In this document: piece after piece, positions 24,186-30,888 of the stretch
Position numbering within the stretch: position 1 is the first letter of the stretch
Layout of the letters: the number at the start of each line of letters is the position of its first letter
Assembly: GCF_000014785.1 (NCBI RefSeq)
Contig: NC_008340.1
Location: 1,470,001-1,502,000 of the forward strand
Direction of reading: 5' to 3'
Source of the DNA: Alkalilimnicola ehrlichii MLHE-1
GTDB lineage: Bacteria > Pseudomonadota > Gammaproteobacteria > Nitrococcales > Halorhodospiraceae
Length of the DNA: 32,000 nt
Position numbers and translations under genes: made by a program
Notes under the pieces: generated by a model
What the model saw: only the letters and a program-made list of their open reading frames with translations
The model's database searches: none
What the model was told of the DNA's origin: nothing

Positions 24186-24634
24186 GCGCGGTGGTCGAGC
24201 CGCTGTGGTCCTACCTGCTGGTCTTTCTCATGGCGGCCACGCCGTGGGTCGAGCTGTTGGTGGTTATCCCCTTGGGGGTGGCGATGGGGCTCTCACCCTA
24301 CGGCGTGGCCCTGGTGGCGCTGCTGGGCAACGCCCTTCCGGTGGTCCTCATTGCCGTTGGCTGGCGCACCTGGCAGCGCTGGCGTGGCCAGCCCCGGCGG
24401 GCGTTGAAGCCCCGCGTGCAGCGGGTCTGGAACCGCTGGGGCCTGCCGGGCCTGGCCTTGCTGGGGCCACTGGTCACTGGGATTCATTTGGCCACGGTGG
24501 CGGCGCTGGCGCTGCGCTCCAGCACCCGCGCCACTGCGGCCTGGATGGTGGGCAGCCTGGTGGTCTGGACCCTGGCGACGACCTTGGTCACCGTGGGTGG
24601 GGTGGCGTTTTATCAGCGGATGACCCTCTGGTGA
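24182..24634 (+). CDS. Small multidrug-export-like membrane protein (Sm_multidrug_ex family)
   Basis: About 4 TM helices. ATPWVELLVVIPLGVAMGLSPYGVALVALLGNALPVVLI resembles the family core. It has a GTG start coupled to the upstream gene. Confidence 0.55.
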   Translation: MSAVVEPLWSYLLVFLMAATPWVELLVVIPLGVAMGLSPYGVALVALLGNALPVVLIAVGWRTWQRWRGQPRRALKPRVQRVWNRWGLPGLALLGPLVTGIHLATVAALALRSSTRATAAWMVGSLVVWTLATTLVTVGGVAFYQRMTLW

Positions 24635-24708
24635 CAGGCGGCGCGGTGGTCCGGGCCGGTAGCGGGCGGGCATGCTTCCGGAGTTAGTGGGAACAGGAGC
24701 GGAGGACG

Positions 24709-25131
24709 ATGCGGTTTCATCAGGCCCAGCACAGCTTTTCCACCGACGGCCGCGGTACCCTGGAGATCACCGAGACGGTGGCCGGCGAAGTGCGCCGCGC
24801 AGGGGTCCGTAACGGCCTTTGCCATGTCTTCCTGCACCACACCAGCGCCTCGTTGATGCTGTGCGAGAATGCCGATCCCTCCGTGCGCCGGGACCTGGAG
24901 CGCTATTTCAGTCGCCTGGTCACCGACGGAGACCCGCTGTTCGAGCATCGGCTGGAGGGGGATGACGATATGGCCGCGCACATCCGCTCGGTGTTGACCC
25001 ACAACGACCTGACCCTGCCCGTGCGCAACGGCCGTCTGGCCCTGGGGACCTGGCAGGGGGTCTACCTGTGGGAGCACCGCTATCAGGGCCACCGGCGCCA
25101 AGTGACGGTGAGTGTGCAGGGGGTCGATTAG
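24709..25131 (+). CDS. yjbQ: YjbQ/UPF0047-family protein (secondary thiamine-phosphate synthase-like)
   Basis: 140 aa with the family motifs GLCHVFLHHTSASL, DDMAAHIRS and LALGTWQGVYLWEHR. Confidence 0.8.
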   Translation: MRFHQAQHSFSTDGRGTLEITETVAGEVRRAGVRNGLCHVFLHHTSASLMLCENADPSVRRDLERYFSRLVTDGDPLFEHRLEGDDDMAAHIRSVLTHNDLTLPVRNGRLALGTWQGVYLWEHRYQGHRRQVTVSVQGVD

Positions 25132-25178
25132 CGCAGGGCAGGGCGGGGCCGGCCGGGGCCGCCCCCGGGCCCCGGGCA

Positions 25179-25207
25179 TTGCAACCGGCCGGTAACTGGT
25201 TTACTCT
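25179..25207 (+). promoter_or_regulatory. Candidate sigma-70 promoter TTGCAA-N17-TACTCT upstream of tRNA-Ser
   Basis: Read directly from the sequence. The -10 element ends 38 nt before the tRNA 5-prime end. Confidence 0.35.
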
Positions 25208-25245
25208 TTGCGCCCTGTCGCCCGGAGGGCGGCAGCGCAGTTTAC

Positions 25246-25338
<93 letters not shown>

Positions 25339-25362
25339 TCCCAACCCCTCGCTGTGCCCTGA

Positions 25363-25629
25363 TCAACCCCCGCCCCGTTGAAACCGCCGGTTGAAGGCCT
25401 GTTGAAAGGCGCATCGTGCCTCCGCGTCCAGCCCATGAAAGGACAGCGTGACGGCGGAGACCGGCAGGTGGAGTTGACCCAGGTGCCGGTCCGGTAACGC
25501 GCTCACCTCGATCTCAATACGCCGACTGCCGGCGCCGGCGCTGTAGCAGCCGGGCCTCGTCCGGTGCCAGGGGCCGGGTGCGGGTAGTCCATCCAGGCCC
25601 TCGATCAGGGCCTGGGGGCGCAGGCCCAT
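25363..25629 (-). CDS. Small protein of unknown function (88 aa) ending ...RFQRGGG; last gene of the aor operon
   Basis: High GC3 in frame. I prefer the ATG at 25629, because the longer track ORF would overlap the upstream gene by 44 nt. I do not recognise a family. Confidence 0.5.
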   Translation of the reverse strand: MGLRPQALIEGLDGLPAPGPWHRTRPGCYSAGAGSRRIEIEVSALPDRHLGQLHLPVSAVTLSFHGLDAEARCAFQQAFNRRFQRGGG

Positions 25630-25660
25630 CTGCTTGTGAACCACTACCGGGGGCGACGCG

Positions 25661-25933
25661 TTAGCCACCGGCGATCGGCGGCCAGACCGCGAACACGTCC
25701 CCATCCTTCAGCACCGGCCGATCCCGGTCCTCCGGGTCGATATAGACCCCGTTCAGCAGGATCAGGTGGGCCAGCTCGCGGGGTATGTCCAGGTGGTCGA
25801 TGAGGGTATGGGGGCTGGTCCCGTCCGGCAGGTCCAGCACCGCGCCCTCATGGGGCGGCCGGCCGTCCGGCATGTGCTCGGAGAGACTGGCGTAAAGCTT
25901 GACCTGGATCTTCATCAGCAGTGTACTCATCAT
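25661..25933 (-). CDS. aorD: MoaD/ThiS-family ubiquitin-like sulfur-carrier protein (AorD-like)
   Basis: About 85-90 aa, with KIQVKLYASL... at the N-terminus and the diagnostic C-terminus DGDVFAVWPPIAGG-stop. The ATG at 25933 overlaps the aorC stop. An alternative ATG lies at 25915. Confidence 0.75.
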   Translation of the reverse strand: MMSTLLMKIQVKLYASLSEHMPDGRPPHEGAVLDLPDGTSPHTLIDHLDIPRELAHLILLNGVYIDPEDRDRPVLKDGDVFAVWPPIAGG

Positions 25934-27207
25934 GCCGGCGCCCGCCGTGGGTTGGGCCGGCCGATGGCCTGGGTGCTGCCCAGATAGGCCTCCATCAGCC
26001 GGGTGGGGTCGGTTTGCAGGCGCTTCTTCCAGGGGCCCAGCCGGACCTGTCCTTCGATCAGCCCGCGCAGGACGCCCACGTGCTCGGTCAGGCCGAGACT
26101 GTTGGCGCCGACGAGGAGGTCGTCCTGGAATTGCAGCCGCAGGTAGCGGTACCGCTCCCGATCGAGCAGGGCGACACTGTCACCGCCGTCCACGCCCTCC
26201 CATTGACCGAAGGAGGTGGAGATCAGCCCCAGGGTGTCGAGCACGTTCATCAGCAGGCTGCCGTGGTAGCGGCGGTCGCGGCCGGCCATGTTGCTGGCCG
26301 CGACCTGGCCGTGGTCCACCGAGGTGGGCTGCACGGCGTGCACCGACCAGCCGCCGGTGGAGAAGTCCGGCCCCTGAGCGACGTCCCCGGCGGCATAGAT
26401 GCCCGCCCGGTTGGTGCACAAGCGGTGGTCCACCCGGATGCCCTGGTCTATCTCCAGTCCTGAGCCTTCCAGAAAGGCGGTGTTGCTGCGGACGCCGGCC
26501 GACACGATAACCAGGTCTGCCGGGAGCTGTTCACCGCCGTCCAGGACCACCGCCAGCGGGTGATCGCCGGGGCCGTCATCGACACCGGTCACGGTGGTGC
26601 TGGTGCGTACGCTGACGCCCCGTTGCTCGCACCAGCGGCGGATGAGGTCGCCGGCCTCCGCGTCCATCATCCGCGGGACCATCCGGTCGCCCTGTTCCAC
26701 CACCGTGAGCTGCGTGCCGCGCTTGACCAGCGCCTCCAGGATGATCGAGCCGATGAAGCCGGCGCCGATCAACACCACCCGGGCGTCCTGGCGCGCCCGC
26801 TGGAGGATCGCGCGGGCGTCCGCCAGTGTCCAGCAGGTATGGACCCCCTCGCGTTCCATGCCGGGCAGCGGAGGGATGACGGGCGACGAGCCGGTGGCTA
26901 GCAACAGGCGGTCAAAACCCAGCGACTGGCCGTCGGCCAGGCTCAGGCGGCGCTGGTCCGGGTCGAGTCCGGTCACCATGGCCTGGCGCACCTCGATGCG
27001 CTGGCGCTCAAAATGGTCCTGTTGCTTGCGCAGCCAGGTACCGGACTCCGGTATCTGATCCACCAGGTAGTAGGGGATCGCCATCCGCGAGTAGGGCGGC
27101 TCCGGTTCGCCGGTGAGCAGCCGGATGTCGGCCTGCGGGTCCAGCTTGCGCAGCCGCTCTGCGGCCACCACGCCCGCCGGACCGGCGCCTACGATCACGT
27201 GTTCCAT
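25930..27207 (-). CDS. aorC: FAD/NAD(P)-binding pyridine-nucleotide-disulfide-oxidoreductase-family subunit (AorC-like)
   Basis: Has two Rossmann motifs (VIVGAGPAGV and VLIGAGFIGS) and GDVA near the C-terminal FAD site. A GGAGAGGA RBS precedes the start. It sits directly downstream of the AOR catalytic gene. Confidence 0.75.
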   Translation of the reverse strand: MEHVIVGAGPAGVVAAERLRKLDPQADIRLLTGEPEPPYSRMAIPYYLVDQIPESGTWLRKQQDHFERQRIEVRQAMVTGLDPDQRRLSLADGQSLGFDRLLLATGSSPVIPPLPGMEREGVHTCWTLADARAILQRARQDARVVLIGAGFIGSIILEALVKRGTQLTVVEQGDRMVPRMMDAEAGDLIRRWCEQRGVSVRTSTTVTGVDDGPGDHPLAVVLDGGEQLPADLVIVSAGVRSNTAFLEGSGLEIDQGIRVDHRLCTNRAGIYAAGDVAQGPDFSTGGWSVHAVQPTSVDHGQVAASNMAGRDRRYHGSLLMNVLDTLGLISTSFGQWEGVDGGDSVALLDRERYRYLRLQFQDDLLVGANSLGLTEHVGVLRGLIEGQVRLGPWKKRLQTDPTRLMEAYLGSTQAIGRPNPRRAPA

Positions 27208-27223
27208 GGTTCCTCTCCCCGAC

Positions 27224-29074
27224 CTACAGGCGCAGTCGCTGACGGGTGGTCTCGCTAACCTGGCCGTCCGGTGTCCAGCCGCGGATCTCGTAATAGCGGG
27301 GCAGCATCTCGCCCAGGTCGTTGGCCCGGCCCTTGGCCGGCCCGACTTTCGCCGCCTCCTTGAGCAGGCGTTTGGGCAGGGTGTCGTCCGCCCCGGTCAG
27401 ACCGGCGCGGTTGTTGAAGTCACGCTCCAGGTTCCAGATCCGTTCGCCCATCTCCAGCAACCGCTCGGTGTCCCAGCCGCCGCCGCAGGCGGCGTCGATC
27501 TGCGGGGCAATGTCGTCGGGGGTCCAGGCGAAGGTGGTGAACAGGCACAGCCCGGAGGAGTCCACCATGGCGGCCGCGTCCTGGAAGGCCTTCACCAGCT
27601 TCGGTTTGCCCTCGGTGGTGAGCGGATCGGTCTTCTCGGGGATACCCAGCACCTCGGAGGAGACGGTATAGCCGCGGAGGTGGCAGGCACCCCGGTTGGA
27701 GGTGGCGTAGGCCAGCCCCATGCCCTGAATGCCGCGCGGGTCGTAGGCCGGAAACTCTTGGCCCTTTACCGTCATCGACAGTTCCGGTTGGCCGTACTTC
27801 TCGCAGAGCCGTTTCGAGCCCAGGCCCAGGTCCTTGCCAAAGCCCTCCCCGGCGGCCACCAGCTCGGCACAGCGGCTCAGCGCCTCGGCCGAGCCAAACC
27901 TCAATTGCAGCCCGTCCGTGTGGGCATCGGTGATGGCCCCGTTCTCGTAGAGCTCCATGGCGGCGGCGACGGTGGCGCCGAAGGAGATGGGATCGAAGCC
28001 ATCCTCATTGCAGAGGAAATTGGCGTAGGTCAGCGCCTCCAGGTCGTCCACACCGGTGTCCGAGCCCAGGGCCCAGGCCGCCTCGTACTCCAGCCCGCCG
28101 GAGTTACCCCAGTACTTGGGCTTGTGCTCGACGGTGAAGTGGCCGTTGTCGATGCGGCTGATGCGCCCGCAGGCGATGGTGCACCCAAAGCAGGCGGCAT
28201 TGGTGGTGAGGTTCGGGCGCTGGTCCGTGGGCCGGGGCTCATGCATGGCCTCTCCGGAGATCTTGTGGGCGCCCTCGAACTGCACCTCCCGCATGTTGCG
28301 GGTGGGCATGGCCCCCATCTCGTTGATGACGTTCATCAGCACCTGGGTGCCGTAGGTGGGCAACCCCTGGCCGGTGACCTCGTTGTCGGCGAGGATCTTC
28401 TTGCCCTGTTCGGTGGCCTGCAGGAAGCGCATCGGGTCGTGGATATTGCCCACCCCCCGGGTGCCGCGTACCGCCACCGCCTTCAGCCCCTTGGCCGCCA
28501 TCACCGTGCCCACGCCGGAGCGGCCGGCAGCGCGGTGCAGGTCATTGATGACGCCCGCATAGAGGCAGCCGGCCTCGGCGGATCGACCCACACAGGCGAT
28601 GCGCAGCTCCGGGTCCTGGTGCATGCGGTGGAGCTCGGCGTCGGTGTCCCATACCGATTTGCCCCATAAGGTCTCCGCCGGTCGCAACTCGGCCCTGTCG
28701 TCCTCCAGGTAGAGGTAGACCGGGGTAGCGGAGGCGCCCTCGAAGATGATCATGTCCCAGCCGGCCATCTTGATCTCGGCACCGATGAAGCCCCCCGAGT
28801 TGGAACAGGCGATGGCGCCGGTGAGCGGGCTCTTGGTGACGACGGAGTAGCGCCCGCCGGTGGAGGCCATGGTGCCGGTGAGCGGACCGGTGGCCATGAT
28901 CAGCTTGTTCTCCGGGCCCAGGGCATCGCAGGCGGGGTCAATCTCCTCATAGAGATACTTGCTCGCCAGGCCGCGCTGCCCGAGGTAGTCCCGGGCCCAG
29001 TCCATGTTTAGGGGTTCCGGGCTGATCTCGCCGGCGGTGAGATTGACCCGGAGGATCTTGCCTGCCCAAGCCAT
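27224..29074 (-). CDS. aorB: Tungsten-type aldehyde:ferredoxin oxidoreductase catalytic subunit (AOR family, AorB-like)
   Basis: The 616-aa protein begins MAWAGKILRVNLTAG. It has the AOR N-terminal domain and the FeS/pterin-binding segments (AACFGCTIACGR, GLEYEAAWALGS, RGACHLRG, DSSGLCLF). The ATG at 29074 has GGGAGG upstream. The track start at 29125 would overlap aorA. Confidence 0.9.
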   Translation of the reverse strand: MAWAGKILRVNLTAGEISPEPLNMDWARDYLGQRGLASKYLYEEIDPACDALGPENKLIMATGPLTGTMASTGGRYSVVTKSPLTGAIACSNSGGFIGAEIKMAGWDMIIFEGASATPVYLYLEDDRAELRPAETLWGKSVWDTDAELHRMHQDPELRIACVGRSAEAGCLYAGVINDLHRAAGRSGVGTVMAAKGLKAVAVRGTRGVGNIHDPMRFLQATEQGKKILADNEVTGQGLPTYGTQVLMNVINEMGAMPTRNMREVQFEGAHKISGEAMHEPRPTDQRPNLTTNAACFGCTIACGRISRIDNGHFTVEHKPKYWGNSGGLEYEAAWALGSDTGVDDLEALTYANFLCNEDGFDPISFGATVAAAMELYENGAITDAHTDGLQLRFGSAEALSRCAELVAAGEGFGKDLGLGSKRLCEKYGQPELSMTVKGQEFPAYDPRGIQGMGLAYATSNRGACHLRGYTVSSEVLGIPEKTDPLTTEGKPKLVKAFQDAAAMVDSSGLCLFTTFAWTPDDIAPQIDAACGGGWDTERLLEMGERIWNLERDFNNRAGLTGADDTLPKRLLKEAAKVGPAKGRANDLGEMLPRYYEIRGWTPDGQVSETTRQRLRL

Positions 29075-29075
29075 G

Positions 29076-29612
29076 TCACTGCCCTCCCGCGTTGCCGGGG
29101 TGGAAGGTTTCCACGGATTTTTCACGCGGTGCCTTGGTGTGGGTCGGTTGCGGCCGCGGGGCCTGATAGGCCCAGGCCCGCATGCGCTCCAGCCCGGCGG
29201 TATCCGCCGGCACCCAGGTGATGGCGCCGGTGGGGCAGGCCTTGGCGCACCAGGGGTCGCCGCCGCACAGGTCGCATTTGGCCACCTTGCCGCTCGCCTC
29301 CTCGTAGTTCACCGTGCCGAAGGGGCAAGCGATGGTGCAGACCTTGCAGCCGACACAGACATCCTCGTCCACCACCTTGGCCCCCGTATCCAGGTCCACC
29401 GTGATGGCCTCCACCGGGCAGCTGTGCATGCACCAGGCCTCGTCACACTGGGTACAGGTATAGGGCGCGAAGCTCCCCTCCTCATGAAAGGTGAACACCT
29501 TGACCCGGGAACGGGCCGGATTGAATGCGCCGGTGTTCTCATAGGAACAGGCCATCTCACACTGCAGGCAGCCGGTGCACAGGGCCGGCTCCAGTTTCAG
29601 GACATGCTGCAT
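29076..29612 (-). CDS. aorA: Four-cluster 4Fe-4S ferredoxin-like electron-transfer subunit (AorA-like)
   Basis: The cluster motifs are CTGCLQCEMAC, CTQCDEAWCMHSCP, CVGCKVCTIACP and CDLCGG...CAKACP. A GAGGGG RBS precedes the start. Its stop lies 1 nt from the aorB start. Confidence 0.85.
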   Translation of the reverse strand: MQHVLKLEPALCTGCLQCEMACSYENTGAFNPARSRVKVFTFHEEGSFAPYTCTQCDEAWCMHSCPVEAITVDLDTGAKVVDEDVCVGCKVCTIACPFGTVNYEEASGKVAKCDLCGGDPWCAKACPTGAITWVPADTAGLERMRAWAYQAPRPQPTHTKAPREKSVETFHPGNAGGQ

Positions 29613-29797
29613 TTCTGATCCCCTCGTCCACTGCGTATCAGGCGGGTGACGGTGCTTGTTTTCCGGGGCGCAGCATCAACGCCGCACGACTGAACCGCAT
29701 CTTAATCTGAAGAATGGAATAGAGGCCGGGGAAGTCAAGGCAGCACGCCGCGCACCGCCCGAGTGCGGTGCGGACGCGATCTGCAATCCGCGGTCGC

Positions 29798-29841
29798 TTG
29801 ACAGTTTGGCTCCCATCCTTATGCTGTACAGATACTGTACA
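29798..29841 (+). promoter_or_regulatory. Candidate sigma-70 promoter (TTGACA-N16-TATGCT) overlapped by the palindrome TGTACAG-ata-CTGTACA (29825-29841), upstream of folE
   Basis: Read directly from the sequence. The -35 element is a perfect consensus. The palindrome begins at the last base of the -10 element and would cover the predicted start site, as a repressor operator would. A 7-bp-arm palindrome is not statistically rare in 32 kb. Confidence 0.4.
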
Positions 29842-29889
29842 AGGGGCTGGGCACTCGACTGCCCCTCCGGCTTCCGGGGCGAGGACGAA

Positions 29890-30447
29890 ATGAGCGAGCG
29901 AATTGAAGCGGCCTACCGGCGAATCCTGCAGGACCTGGGCGAGGATCCCGACCGGGAGGGTCTGAAAGACACCCCGGCCCGGGCGGCGAAGGCCATGCGA
30001 TTCCTGACCAAGGGCTATCAGGAAGACCTGGACCAGGTGCTGAACGGTGCCGTGTTCAGCTCCGACAATGACGAGATGGTGATTGTCCGCAACATCGAGC
30101 TGTACTCCCTGTGCGAGCATCACCTGCTTCCCTTCATTGGCCGGGCGCACGTGGCCTACCTGCCGGATGGCAAGGTGATCGGCCTGTCCAAGGTGGCCCG
30201 CATCGTGGACATGTACGCCCGGCGCCTGCAGATCCAGGAGAACCTCACCCGCCAGATCGCACTGGCGGTGCAGCAGGTCACCGGCGGCAAGGGGGTGGCG
30301 GTCTATATCAATGCCCGGCATCTGTGCATGATGATGCGTGGGGTGGAGAAGCAGAATTCCGAGATGAGCACCTCGGTGATGCTCGGTGATTTCCGCGAGA
30401 ACCCCAAGACCCGCAACGAATTCCTGCAACTCATCCGCACCCCCTGA
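29890..30447 (+). CDS. folE: GTP cyclohydrolase I (FolE, type 1)
   Basis: 185 aa from the ATG at 29890. The motifs are [52 protein letters not shown] and HLCMMMRGV. Confidence 0.9.
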   Translation: MSERIEAAYRRILQDLGEDPDREGLKDTPARAAKAMRFLTKGYQEDLDQVLNGAVFSSDNDEMVIVRNIELYSLCEHHLLPFIGRAHVAYLPDGKVIGLSKVARIVDMYARRLQIQENLTRQIALAVQQVTGGKGVAVYINARHLCMMMRGVEKQNSEMSTSVMLGDFRENPKTRNEFLQLIRTP

Positions 30448-30470
30448 GGCGATCGCCAAGGAGTCACCTG

Positions 30471-30860
30471 ATGGTCGAGAAGGAACCGGCCCTTATCCGG
30501 ATCAAGAACCTGCGCCTGAGGACCTATATCGGCTTCAAACCGGAGGAGCAGGAGAAGCTGCAGGACGTGGTGATCAACCTGGAGATCCGATACGACGCCC
30601 TGGCGGCGGCGGTGAGCGACAGCGTGGACAAGGCGCTGGATTACAAGCGGCTCACCAAGGAGATCATCGCCCATGTGGAGGGGCATCGGTTTCTGCTGCT
30701 GGAGAAGCTGGTCCACGATCTGTTGCAATTGGCGCTGGCCCACCCATTGGTGCAGGAGGTCGCCGTGGAGGTGGATAAGCCCCACGCCCTGCGTTTTGCG
30801 GATTCGGTGGCCCTGCGCATGACCGCCCGGCGCGACACCGCGGGTGCCGGCGTGGCTTGA
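30471..30860 (+). CDS. folX: Dihydroneopterin triphosphate 2'-epimerase (FolX) rather than FolB aldolase
   Basis: It aligns closely with my memory of E. coli FolX: IRIKNLRLRTYIGF vs IRIKNLRLRTFIGI, HRFLLLEKLVHDLL vs NRFSLLEKLTQDVL, and EVDKPHALRFADSVAL vs EIDKLHALRYADSVSM. Confidence 0.8.
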   Translation: MVEKEPALIRIKNLRLRTYIGFKPEEQEKLQDVVINLEIRYDALAAAVSDSVDKALDYKRLTKEIIAHVEGHRFLLLEKLVHDLLQLALAHPLVQEVAVEVDKPHALRFADSVALRMTARRDTAGAGVA

Positions 30861-30870
30861 CCGCCCGCCC

Positions 30871-30888
30871 GGTCACGCGGCCGTGACC
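30871..30888. terminator. 7-bp stem-loop GGTCACG-cggc-CGTGACC between and over convergent gene ends, followed by GGTTCTTG
   Basis: Read directly from the sequence. It overlaps the last codons of the minus-strand GGDEF gene. It is a weak candidate terminator for folE-folX. Confidence 0.3.

Noticed and set aside
27113-28669. A 518-aa plus-strand ORF
   Set aside because: It is antisense to the AOR catalytic subunit gene.
29824-29841. Reading the CTGTACAGATACTGTACA palindrome as a LexA (SOS) box
   Set aside because: The gammaproteobacterial box is CTGT-N8-ACAG. Here CTGT is followed after 8 nt by TGTA, so the spacing and orientation do not fit.
29656-29889. A 78-codon N-terminal extension of folE
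   Set aside because: It covers the predicted folE promoter and palindrome. FolE-like sequence begins only at the ATG at 29890.
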